This document shows positions 1-9,071 of a stretch of DNA of 64,000 nucleotides, piece by piece. The DNA is from Ostreococcus lucimarinus (taxonomy: Eukaryota). The stretch lies in assembly GCA_000092065.1 (NCBI GenBank), contig CP000597.1; one strand, 5' to 3'. The position numbers and the translations under genes are program-made. Each line of letters starts with the position of its first letter. Position 1 is the first letter of the stretch. Under the pieces are notes generated by a model. It did not search any database. It saw only the letters and a list, made by a program, of their open reading frames with translations, and had not been told where the DNA came from.

Positions 1-49
1 GGGCGTCGGACGGTCGATCAAGGGCGTGGGGAATCTGCAGCAGACGCTC

Positions 50-1744
50 ATGACGAACATGATGGTGAAGGTCATCGCGGGGGTGTCGGGAACGCTGAGC
101 GGGTTGTTGCTCGCGGGATTGGCGTATAAGGTGGTGGGAGGATATCAAGATGAGATAAAAGAGGCGAGGCGGGAGGTGCAGCGGCAACACCAGGAGAGGA
201 AGGCGCGATTGGCGCAGGTGAGACGATTGCTGAGCGGACCGCTGCGGGCGGCGGCGAAAGATTTGAGAAACAGATTGGAGTTTATATTAAAGGTGCCGCC
301 GAGACGTTCGAGCGGGGAACCGCCGAAGATTCGGGCGAATTATTTTGCGGCGCATTATCCCGATAATCCCAACGAAGCGGTGAATTCGACATTGTTTCGG
401 TTGTGTCGGTATTTGCACTGGGTCGAGCAGTTTCAACGCGGGGTGCAGTTGGAAGGCGTGAGCGAGCAGGACACGTGGCAGTTCGCGTTGGATCAACAGC
501 TTGATCGCGTGGCGATGGAGTTGGAGGTGAGCAACGAGCGCTACGACGCAACTGTACCGACAGAGCGTTTGACTGAGGTTTTCGCGCTCATACACGTTCG
601 TGAGGTGGAGAAGGAGAAGCGAGTCGAGGGCGACGGCGCTGACGACGGCGGAGACGAAGGTGAAAAGTTAGCGAGTAAACGGTCTATTTTTCGCCGAATC
701 GATTCCTCATTGAATGAGAAAACGACGGCAATGGAACCTTTAGAGGCTGCGGATTCGGCACCGAAGCGTCGCGTCGGACTCCTCAGCGCAGAGCCTCAGG
801 AACGTCTCAGTCGATTTCCGATGCGCTTGTTTCGCGACACGCAAGTCGCACTGGCGGAGGTTTTTGGTAAGCTCCACACACTTGAATCCGGCGCTGGTCA
901 GCCTCAACATGAAGGTAAGGTAAACCCGCACATGTTGTACACAGAGTTCGTCATGAAACTCGAAGAGGCGCAAATGCTCTACGAGCGCACCGTGGAAGAA
1001 CAAGCCTCCGAAGGTCTCGTTGATGCAGCCACAGTCTTGGTCGCGCAGCAAGAAAATCTCCAAGCCGATCCGTGGTTTAGATGGATGCTTCCGCTGCAGC
1101 TTCAAATTCGACGCTTGGCCATGCTACAGTCCCAGACGTCCAAGCTGTTAACGAGGAAGGAGGCTCGCGAACTCCTCGCCGCGAGGGCACGTTTGCGCGG
1201 CGTCCTCGACGGCTTGAACGGTTTACTTGACGTGCTCGACAGACGATTGGACGATCCGTTGTTCAACAAGCCCAAACACAATTTAAAGCAAAAGCACTTG
1301 GCGACGGCTAAAATCGCAACGAAGAAGGTAAAGTTGGAGGCGTTGAAGCGCGAAAAGTCACTGGCGCGATGGAACAAGTTGAAACAAGCGATCCCTTACG
1401 TCGCAAAGTATCGCCGCCTTCCACCTCCACCTGCGAGCAAGAGATATATCCGTTTAGTGACAGGAGATGAGTTACTGGCGTTCGTTCGACGGTATAAAGC
1501 GAAAGCCGTGGCGGGCGTCGTCTCTGCGGTGAGCACCGCCGTCGTGAGCACTGTCATCTCGAAAGTTGTCCAGCATCAAAACAAGCGGCCAAAAGCGGTT
1601 GAAATCGTGAAAACCGAGAGCGAAAGCGCTGAAAGCGAAGGCACGACTAAGGAGAAAAAGACGAACGATGAAGCAATCGAAGGTGAATTCGCACCGCCCA
1701 CGAAGACGCGTCCTAGACTTCGCAATAGTGTGAAAGTCAAGTGA
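50..1744 (+). CDS. Hypothetical membrane-anchored protein, family not recognised
   Basis: Uninterrupted ORF 26..1744. The track start is GTG and the frame has no stop back to nt 2, so the true start may lie upstream of the window. First ATG is at 50. Hydrophobic segments: VKVIAGVSGTLSGLLLAGLAY (N-terminal) and AVAGVVSAVSTAVVSTVIS (near the C-terminus). Long charged, coiled-coil-like middle. Confidence 0.5.
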   Translation: MTNMMVKVIAGVSGTLSGLLLAGLAYKVVGGYQDEIKEARREVQRQHQERKARLAQVRRLLSGPLRAAAKDLRNRLEFILKVPPRRSSGEPPKIRANYFAAHYPDNPNEAVNSTLFRLCRYLHWVEQFQRGVQLEGVSEQDTWQFALDQQLDRVAMELEVSNERYDATVPTERLTEVFALIHVREVEKEKRVEGDGADDGGDEGEKLASKRSIFRRIDSSLNEKTTAMEPLEAADSAPKRRVGLLSAEPQERLSRFPMRLFRDTQVALAEVFGKLHTLESGAGQPQHEGKVNPHMLYTEFVMKLEEAQMLYERTVEEQASEGLVDAATVLVAQQENLQADPWFRWMLPLQLQIRRLAMLQSQTSKLLTRKEARELLAARARLRGVLDGLNGLLDVLDRRLDDPLFNKPKHNLKQKHLATAKIATKKVKLEALKREKSLARWNKLKQAIPYVAKYRRLPPPPASKRYIRLVTGDELLAFVRRYKAKAVAGVVSAVSTAVVSTVISKVVQHQNKRPKAVEIVKTESESAESEGTTKEKKTNDEAIEGEFAPPTKTRPRLRNSVKVK

Positions 1745-1781
1745 AGTAGCGGCGACCCGCGCGAAATGTGTAATTAAAACG

Positions 1782-1995
1782 TAAAATCGTAAAGTCTTTG
1801 TCGCTCGTTTTCATCCTCCTTTAAGTTCTTCTAAAGTCTTCTTATTCGCAATCTTGGTCGCTCTGTTAATGGCTCCCGCGGCGTAGTATAAAATCGTAAA
1901 GTCTTTGTCGCTCGTTTTCATCCTCCTTTAAGTTCTTCTAAAGTCTTCTTATTCGCAATCTTGGTCGCTCTGTTAATGGCTCCCGCGGCGTAGTA
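1782..1995. repeat. Perfect tandem duplication, 2 x 107 bp, covering the 3' end of the minus-strand gene
   Basis: Units 1782-1888 and 1889-1995 read identically by eye. Unit 2 carries the last 25 codons plus the stop (1918-1920) of the 1918..4362 gene. Unit 1 is a silent copy in the convergent 3' spacer. Confidence 0.85.
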
Positions 1996-4362
1996 CCACT
2001 CGGCCCACTGTATGACGCCGTCGCCGTTCAAATCAGCCGCTTTGGCAATTTTCTGAACGGTCGCGTTGTGAGAGTCCCACAACTTGGCACCCGGAACGAG
2101 GGTTTCGATGAACATATCAATCGTCTTCGCGAACTGCTCTTGATTGAGGTAGGGGAACGGAAACTTTTCATCCGGATTGGACGCGTTGGCTTCAAACAAC
2201 GCGAAGACCTCTTTGTCGAAATCGATTGCAACCGCCGACCTTGTCTCCGCAGAACCTCCAGCGTTCAAACCAGTGCGAGAGCCGATGGCGAACACATCTT
2301 GCGCGAAAGCTTCGATCGCTGAAACGAGTGATTCGTTCAATGCATCCGTAACCGCCGGCCCTGCAGATTCCATCACAGTCGCTTCGGCTCTTCTACTCAA
2401 ACCCGTGTTGAGTCGATGACCGACGACGGTCACCTCAAAATCAGAAGCTACTTGAGCGACGAAAGCAAGAACAAAAGCGTAAACGTTGCCCATGATCTCT
2501 TGAACCGAAGGGATGTCAGCAAAGTCCTTGGTGATCTCCCTCAACGCTCGCGCGTCCGGACGGAAGCGGCTGAGGTCCTTGACGTCGCGCTTCGGCGCTT
2601 GGCGCACCAGCATTCGGATTCTTCGCCCGAGCATGTCGAGCTCAAAATCGGACAACACTGTAGATAAAATATCCACTATGAGTTCAAAACAGTTAATGTA
2701 CAGCAAACGCTCAATGTTATCGGGAATAGCCTTGACGTTGTACATGGGATCGCGAAGGAGGTAGTCGACAAATTCCGAAATCGCCTCTCGAGTCTGCTTT
2801 TGTGCCTTTTTTCTCGCAGCTCTGCTCGGGTCTTCATCACCGTCGATGCTCACACCCAAAATTTGACGTGCCTCCGAGGCTATGTTGCTAAAGTCGCCTC
2901 TACGAATTTCGTTCCCCATTTGCTGCAGGAGGTCGCGGGCGCTGGGTGTCTTCTTCGCGGCGTCGCCTTCGTCGAATGTCAAGGCGTCGTCGTCGAACGA
3001 CGCTGACACGTTTGCTCCGCTCGACGGACTGAGCACACGCATAGAAATGTTGAAACCCAAGTTACTCAACACGGGCTCTTTTCCTATCTCACCGAACAAG
3101 CCGGTGAGGAGGTTGATGTACGTGTCGCGCTCGATTCGTCGGGGAAGAAACACTGACGAGATGGCCATCGCTCGAGTGTCCATATATTCATCGACGCACA
3201 CTTCGATAAGTTGCTTCACCGCGCGCTGCGTCTCCAAACGATCCTCGTCGGAAAAGGAGATGTTTGCAAACGCCTCTCGAGTATCGTCGTCGTAAGGCTC
3301 TAACGCAAACTCCACGGTGAATCCTTTAATCTTTGCCTCCATCGTGAGCGCCTCGGATAACATACCCACCGCAACCTTGGCGACGTTTTCTTGGAGATGC
3401 GGGAACAGATTTGTCGGTGGCGGGGCTTTGAGCTCTTCGCGCGCAATCTTGCGGAGCGTTTGATTCGACAGATTCGGCACGATGTCTAAGTAGCCGTCGC
3501 CGCTCGCGACGAGCTTAGTCCTTCGCCCTTCCGCCATGCCATCCTCTTCGCTCGACACTTCAAAGACGAATTCCCGGTCGAAAAGTTGCAACTTGAACGT
3601 TTTTAACGTATCTTCGAACACGGTCCATCCCGTGAGCGCGCCGTTCGTGTAGAGCTTCCTTTCGAGCGGCCCGGGTAACAAGACGGGAATCCCGCTCGTT
3701 TCGCCGACGACGTCGCCGATAAACTTTGCGAGCTCCTGCTCCTTGATACCACTCTTTTCCGGAACGTGTCTGGCGTCCAGATAATCGCTCATGATCAGAG
3801 GATGCCCCAAAACGCTCGCTCCGACGAGGTTCTGTCGTAAGTTCTTCATCGCCGACGCGTACGCCGCCTTGCAAACCTCGCGATACACCTCGCTCTCCGC
3901 GAACTCCGGAACGAACGGAATATCGTACGCATCGTTAATAATCTTCGCGTAACGATCCAAAACCTTCGCCTCCGCGGATTTCTTCTTCCCTCTCGACGCC
4001 CTGGCCAGCGCCACCGCGGCGGCCCCTCCCGCGACCGCGACGCCCGCGCCCGCCGCCGCGCTCGCCCCCGCCCCGCGCGTCCCCTCCCGCGCTCGCGCTT
4101 CCGCCGCCGTCGACACCGACGCCACCATCTTCGTCCCATCGCGCGCGCGCGCCGGTCGCAATCCCTCCATCGCGTCCTTCGCCGTCCTCTTCGCGCCCTC
4201 GTCCGTCTTCTTCGCGTTCGCGTTCGCGTTCGCGTTCGCGTTCGCGCGTCCCGCGCCCCGCGCCGGTCGCCCTCGCCGATCGCGCGTCCGTCCGACCCGC
4301 GCGCGCGTCGTCGACCCGCGTCCGCCGGTCGTCGCGCGCGCGCGAGACGCTCGCGTCGCCAT
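1918..4362 (-). CDS. 814-aa protein with a C-terminal EF-hand, otherwise unassigned
   Basis: ATG at 4362 (cat 4360-4362). Long uninterrupted ORF. Canonical 12-residue EF loop DLNGDGVIQWAE at 1999-2034. Arg/Ala-rich N-terminus with an (Ala-Asn)n run, then non-repetitive protein-like sequence of moderate GC. Confidence 0.7.
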   Translation of the reverse strand: MATRASRARATTGGRGSTTRARVGRTRDRRGRPARGAGRANANANANANAKKTDEGAKRTAKDAMEGLRPARARDGTKMVASVSTAAEARAREGTRGAGASAAAGAGVAVAGGAAAVALARASRGKKKSAEAKVLDRYAKIINDAYDIPFVPEFAESEVYREVCKAAYASAMKNLRQNLVGASVLGHPLIMSDYLDARHVPEKSGIKEQELAKFIGDVVGETSGIPVLLPGPLERKLYTNGALTGWTVFEDTLKTFKLQLFDREFVFEVSSEEDGMAEGRRTKLVASGDGYLDIVPNLSNQTLRKIAREELKAPPPTNLFPHLQENVAKVAVGMLSEALTMEAKIKGFTVEFALEPYDDDTREAFANISFSDEDRLETQRAVKQLIEVCVDEYMDTRAMAISSVFLPRRIERDTYINLLTGLFGEIGKEPVLSNLGFNISMRVLSPSSGANVSASFDDDALTFDEGDAAKKTPSARDLLQQMGNEIRRGDFSNIASEARQILGVSIDGDEDPSRAARKKAQKQTREAISEFVDYLLRDPMYNVKAIPDNIERLLYINCFELIVDILSTVLSDFELDMLGRRIRMLVRQAPKRDVKDLSRFRPDARALREITKDFADIPSVQEIMGNVYAFVLAFVAQVASDFEVTVVGHRLNTGLSRRAEATVMESAGPAVTDALNESLVSAIEAFAQDVFAIGSRTGLNAGGSAETRSAVAIDFDKEVFALFEANASNPDEKFPFPYLNQEQFAKTIDMFIETLVPGAKLWDSHNATVQKIAKAADLNGDGVIQWAEWYYAAGAINRATKIANKKTLEELKGG
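4211..4246. repeat. (TTCGCG)6 hexanucleotide microsatellite inside a CDS
   Basis: Six exact hexamers. They encode the ANANANAN run near the N-terminus of the 1918..4362 protein. Confidence 0.9.
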
Positions 4363-4715
4363 CGCGTCCGCGCTCGCCCTTCGTTCGTGCGTTCGTTCGA
4401 GCGATTAATCGATCGATCGGGTCGATGAATCGATCGATTAATCGAGCGGGCGTTCGCGCGCGCGCGCGCTCGATCCGCCGTGTCGTCGCCGCGCGATCGC
4501 GCTCGATCCGCGCGCGCGCGATCGTCCTCGCGCGCGAACGTCTCGAGCTCGCCGCGCGTCCGCGCGGGGGGGAACGATCGCGCGCGACGCGGAAGAGGTC
4601 TGTGTTTTTAGGAGACGTCGATTTTCGACGCGCGACGCGCGCCGCGGAGACCGACGGCGAAACCGCGCGGGTTCGGAATGGATGACGTCGCGCTGTGTAA
4701 AACTGTGACTTTACG

Positions 4716-4817
4716 AAACTTGAAAAGACTTGAAACGCGCGACGACTGGATAAAACTTGAAAAGACTTGAAACGCGCGACGACTGGATAAAACTTGAAAA
4801 GACTTGAAACGCGCGAC
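4716..4817. repeat. 37-bp tandem repeat, about 2.75 copies, in an intergenic spacer
   Basis: Unit aaacttgaaaagacttgaaacgcgcgacgactggata starts at 4716, 4753 and 4790. Each unit contains ACTTGAAA twice. It lies between the stop of the RCC1-like gene (4956) and the start of the 1918..4362 gene (4362). Confidence 0.85.
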
Positions 4818-4955
4818 GGGCCGCGCCACCGTTTTGTAACCGCGCGCGGTCGTCGGTACGGCTGAAGTTTGTCGCGAGCGCGACGACCTCTTCCATGCAA
4901 ACGCACGACGATGGTATAGCGAGAAGGGCGGTGATTGCGAGGACGACGAGCGCGC

Positions 4956-6284
4956 TCACGTTTGAATAACGATGACTTGCGGCTGTTGCGGCGTAACGGC
5001 GACGGGAGCGCCGCGGGTGGGGATGCCGAGGCGCGCGCGGAGCTTGTCGTCGGCGCGGCGGCGCGACCTGACGCAGAGCCCGATGAGAGTCAAGATGATG
5101 ACGAACGCAATACAACCGACGGCAATACCGGCGATTTCAACGTCGCTCAACGTATCCGCGGAGCGCAACGGAACGATGGTGCCCGGAACGCCGCCGCCAC
5201 CCGAGGAGCCACCCGCGGAGACTGACGTCGTCGTCGTGATGCCCAAAACCTGGACGGGAATATTCGAGCTTGTAGTAGCGTTGTTTCCGAGCTGACCTTT
5301 GTCATTGTAACCCCAGCACTGCACCGTGTCGCCGGCGAGCGTGGCGCAATTGAAGTCGTAACCCGCGGAGACTGACGTCGCCGTCGTGATGTTGGAAACC
5401 TGGACGGGAATATTCGAGCTTGTAGTAGTGCCGTCTCCGAGCTGACTATTGACATTGACACCCCAGCACTGCACCGTGCCGTCGGCGAGCATGGCGCAAT
5501 TGTGGCTGCCACCCGCGGAGACCGACGTCGCCGTCGTGATGCCCGAAACCAGGACAGGAGTAAGTCGGTTTGTCTTAGTGCCGTCTCCGAGCCGACCGTC
5601 GAGATTGTAACCCCAGCACTGCACCGTGCCGTCGGCGAGCATGGCGCACGTGTGGGCGCCACCCGTGGAGACCGACGTCGCCGTCGTGATGCCCGAAACC
5701 AGGACAGGAGTAGGTCGGTGTGTAGTAGTGCCGTCTCCGAGCTGACCTTTGTCATTGTAACCCCAGCACTGCACCGTGCCGTCGGCGAGCGTGGCGCACG
5801 TGTGGCCGCCACCCGCGGAGACTGACGTCGCCGTCGTGATGCCCGAAACCAGGACGGGAGTAAGTCGGTTTGTAGTAGTGCCGTCTCCGAGCTGACCGTT
5901 GGCATTGTAACCCCAGCTCTGCACCGTGCCGTCGGCGAGCAGGGCGCACGTGTGGCTGCCACTCATGGAGCCACCCGCGGAGACTGACGTCGCCGTCGTG
6001 ATGCCCGAAACCAGGACGGGAGTAAGTCGGTATATAGTAGTGCCGTCAGCGAGCTGACCGTCGCCATTGCTACCCCAGCACTGCACCGTGCCGTCGGCGA
6101 GCGTGGCGCACGCGTGGTCGCCGTGTCTCGCGGAGACCGACGTCGCCGTCGTGATGTTGACAACCTGGACGGCGGTATGTCGCTCAACCTTCGACCCGTC
6201 TCCGAGCTAACCGTTGTCATTGATACCCCAGCAATACACCGCGCCGCCGATCTCGACGCACATGCGAGAGTAACCGTTACCCAT
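4956..6284 (-). CDS. RCC1-like seven-blade beta-propeller protein with C-terminal TM anchor; reading frame interrupted by an in-frame TAG at 6207-6209
   Basis: Repeated (Q)CWG(Y/V/S)N..GQLGDGTT blades with a 150-162 bp nucleotide period; the ccccagcact motif occurs at 5311, 5461, 5611, 5761, 5911, 6073 and 6227. TM segment IAGIAVGCIAFVIILTLIGLCV precedes a basic tail. The clean ORF is 4956..6086. Blade 1 and an ATG at 6284 continue in the same frame beyond the TAG. Confidence 0.6.
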
Positions 6285-6803
6285 CGCGCGCGATTCGAAA
6301 ACCCTTCGATCGCCCGCTCGCCCGCGGCTCGTCCGCGCCGCGCGCGTCGCCCGTCGCGCACCGCCCGGGTCTCTCGCGCCGCGCGCGTCGCGATCGGTTC
6401 CTCTCGCACCGACGGTCGCGCGCGCGAGTCCGGCGACGGCGCGCGCGCGACGCGACGCGACGGCGAAAACTCAAAACCCAACGCGGGCGTCCGAGTCCGA
6501 GTCGACGCCCCGTCGACGCGTCGTGTCTGACGCGTAAAATGTTAGAAATCTGAAGAGTAAAATATGACGTATAGCTTTCCCTAGTTAACCTATAATTGTA
6601 ATCATCATCACTCATCGACGCACTAGGCCCGATTGCTCACGATCATATAAGGTATAGCTCGCAAAAACGGGCCTTTTCTGAAACTCGATTTTTGCTAGGG
6701 TTTAGCGACTCCGGTTTTCCGACGGAGGAATTGCGTGCGGGTAGTTCGCATCGTCGGTACTCGTCGACGCCACTCGTCGTTGCGCGAGTTGATCGATATA
6801 CTC

Positions 6804-7085
6804 ATGGGCGCGTGCTTCGGGCGATTCATGGGAGAGACCCAGGCGGAAGAATGGGAACGAAAGCAACGAAAGCTCGAGAAGAAACGAGCCAAGGATGAAC
6901 AGTGCAAACGGGACAACGAAATTTTAAAGGCTGTCTTCAAGGAGGAGGTTCGGGACCTCATCGGTGGCATTCCGGTGCTTCAAAACTTCATCGAGCGACG
7001 GTCGGGGCGAAAAATTACGGCTCGCACAAAAGATGAGAAGATGCGTGACCATGAGGCAGCGCAACGTATAGGGAAGCCCGTTTAA
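6804..7085 (+). CDS. Small hypothetical protein (93 aa) starting MGAC (possible N-acylation)
   Basis: ATG at 6804 inside ORF 6735..7085. Lys/Glu-rich, non-Arg-biased composition unlike the spurious GC-driven ORFs. No family recognised. Confidence 0.35.
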   Translation: MGACFGRFMGETQAEEWERKQRKLEKKRAKDEQCKRDNEILKAVFKEEVRDLIGGIPVLQNFIERRSGRKITARTKDEKMRDHEAAQRIGKPV

Positions 7086-7861
7086 GGCCCGCGGCCTAAC
7101 TGACCGCCAGTAGCTCGCATAAAACGTGACGTGTGATCGCGCGGGGTCGGGTCGAATCCGACGACGCGACGCGCGCGCGAGGCTCGATCGCGCGATTTCT
7201 TCGAAAAAGCGCGCGTTCGGGCGAAAGCGTTCCCCATCGCCGCGCCCCGCGCGCGATAAAAAGAGCAGCATAGGGTTAGGGTTCGGCGACGCCGGCGATC
7301 CGACGATCGCGCGCCGCCGGGCGACGCACGCGCGCGCGCGCGCGCGCGCGGCGTCGACGTCGGGCGCGCGCGGTCGAGGCGCGCGCGATCGGATCGCGAC
7401 GAGGTACGGGCGCGCGTGAAGGGACACCTTCGGTGACGCGAGCGTCGAATCGCGATCGCGAACACGCGCCGCGCGGGTCGACGTTCGTTCGACGCGCGCG
7501 GTGCGGCGGAAAATCGGACGACGCGCGACGACCACCGGGCGAAAATCCCCGGGCGCTGCGGCAGAGAGTGTCGGGTCGCGATGACCAGGACCTGGACGCG
7601 CTCGCGCGCGGGAAACCGCGAGCGGGACGTCGAGTAACTCGCCGAGGCACAGTCATGTGTCCACCGCGGAGACAACGCGGGAACTCAACGGGGTTTACTC
7701 TGAACGCTGACGCCCTCCCCAGTCGTGACGATGCGAACAGGACGCGCGAGAAAACGCGAGGGAACGCGCGAAACGCGGCGTTTGTGAACGCCCGCACTCG
7801 ACGAAAGAATTGTTTTTCGGCGAGAGGCAAACTAATTAACGCTCTAAACGCTTCGACGGAG

Positions 7862-8875
7862 CTACTCGGAGACGGCGCCGTCTTCGTCTTCGTCTTCGTC
7901 TTCGTCTTCGCCGTCTTCGACTCGATCGTCGCCGATTTTTACGCCGTGGCGCGATAAAATATCGATCGCGCACTCGGTCCATATTTGTTTTTTGTCGCCG
8001 TCGCTCACGAAGGCGAACAAGACGTCGTCGACGAGCTCGAACTCGTCCTCCGCGGCGCGCGCGTAGGCGAGCGCGCCGTCGAAGATGACGTCCAGCGCGC
8101 TCGCGCGTCTTCGAGCGCGAGCCTCGTTCGCGGCGGTTTCGTCGCTCAACTCTCTCACGACGAGCTTATCTATGATTCTACGCGCCAGTTTTTCAAATTC
8201 CGCCTTCAACGACGCCTCGACGGCGAGTCGATGCGCCTCGTACAGCGTCCTCGCGCGCGCCTCCCCTCCGCGCAATCTCGACACGTCGTCCCGACCCATG
8301 GGATCGCCCACCAAGTCCCGTCGAAACGCTTCGTCGTACGAACGCGCGTACGTCTTCACGCGTTCGGCGCACAACGCCTGAAACGCCGCCTCCGCCTCGT
8401 CGTCCAACAATCGCTCCTTCCGAAACCGCGCCTCGCGTTCATCCCTTCGCCGTCGTTCGCTCGCCTCCGACTCCCTCGCCCTCAACGCTCGCGCCCTCCG
8501 CGCGTCCGCGTCCGCCTCGTCTTCCCCCCGCGCCGCCCTTCGTCTCTTCTCCCCCTCCCTCTTCTCCTCCGCCGCGCGTCGCCGCAGCGCGTCGAACGCC
8601 GCGCGTCGCTCCGAGTGCGTCTTCAGCGCGCGAAACCGCGCGTCGCGCCGCATCTTCATCAGCGCGCGCTCCCAGCGCGCGTCCGCGAGTCCGTCGCCCA
8701 GCCGCGCGCGCACCATCGCCTCGAACGCCTCGACGTCCGCGCGCTTTTCCGTCGTCGCGCGTCGCCACTGCGCGTCGAAATTCGACGATTCGTCGTCGCG
8801 CGTCCCGTCGGTCGCGTCGTCGTCGTACGCGTCCGGGTCGAGGACGACGCCCGCGGCGTCGGCCGCCGTCGCCAT
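7862..8875 (-). CDS. FF-domain protein (PRP40 / transcription-elongation-regulator-like FF repeats, no WW domain seen)
   Basis: ATG at 8875. FF-like motifs: W..ALMKMRRDARFRALKTHSERRAAFDAL, and AAFQALCAERVKTYARSYDEAFRRDL. Acidic (ED)n tail encoded by a (TCTTCG)n run near 7880-7915. Confidence 0.6.
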   Translation of the reverse strand: MATAADAAGVVLDPDAYDDDATDGTRDDESSNFDAQWRRATTEKRADVEAFEAMVRARLGDGLADARWERALMKMRRDARFRALKTHSERRAAFDALRRRAAEEKREGEKRRRAARGEDEADADARRARALRARESEASERRRRDEREARFRKERLLDDEAEAAFQALCAERVKTYARSYDEAFRRDLVGDPMGRDDVSRLRGGEARARTLYEAHRLAVEASLKAEFEKLARRIIDKLVVRELSDETAANEARARRRASALDVIFDGALAYARAAEDEFELVDDVLFAFVSDGDKKQIWTECAIDILSRHGVKIGDDRVEDGEDEDEDEDEDGAVSE

Positions 8876-9071
8876 CGCCGCGGCGCGGAGTGGCGCGCGT
8901 CGCCGCCTCGTCACTGACACCCATACCCACACGTCCGAACACTCTCGATTTATTTATCGGCCCAACATCAAAAAAGCGTCGCTGGATCACGTACGCCGGT
9001 GCGCGCGAACGCGATGAAGGATTCAGGTCAACTCGCTTTTCCCGCGCGCGCGCACACGACGACGCGCGGCG

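Noticed and set aside
6184-6211. A mini-intron that might splice out the in-frame TAG of the RCC1-like gene
   Set aside because: The only GT...AG pair around the TAG would give an intron of about 23 nt with no ACTGAC branch motif. Removing it would also delete the conserved LGDG of the blade.
5147-6481. Alternative-frame ORFs over the RCC1-like gene (5147..5962, 5502..5825, 5963..6481)
   Set aside because: They read as repetitive Arg/Ser-rich sequence generated by the 150-bp DNA periodicity. Only the 4956..6086/6284 frame yields the RCC1 blade consensus and a TM anchor.
7146-7162. A tRNA T-arm-like element GTCGG-GTCGAAT-CCGAC
   Set aside because: I could not find a matching acceptor stem, D-arm or anticodon arm in the preceding 70 nt. 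The loop begins with G instead of T. It is probably a chance hairpin in a GC-rich spacer.
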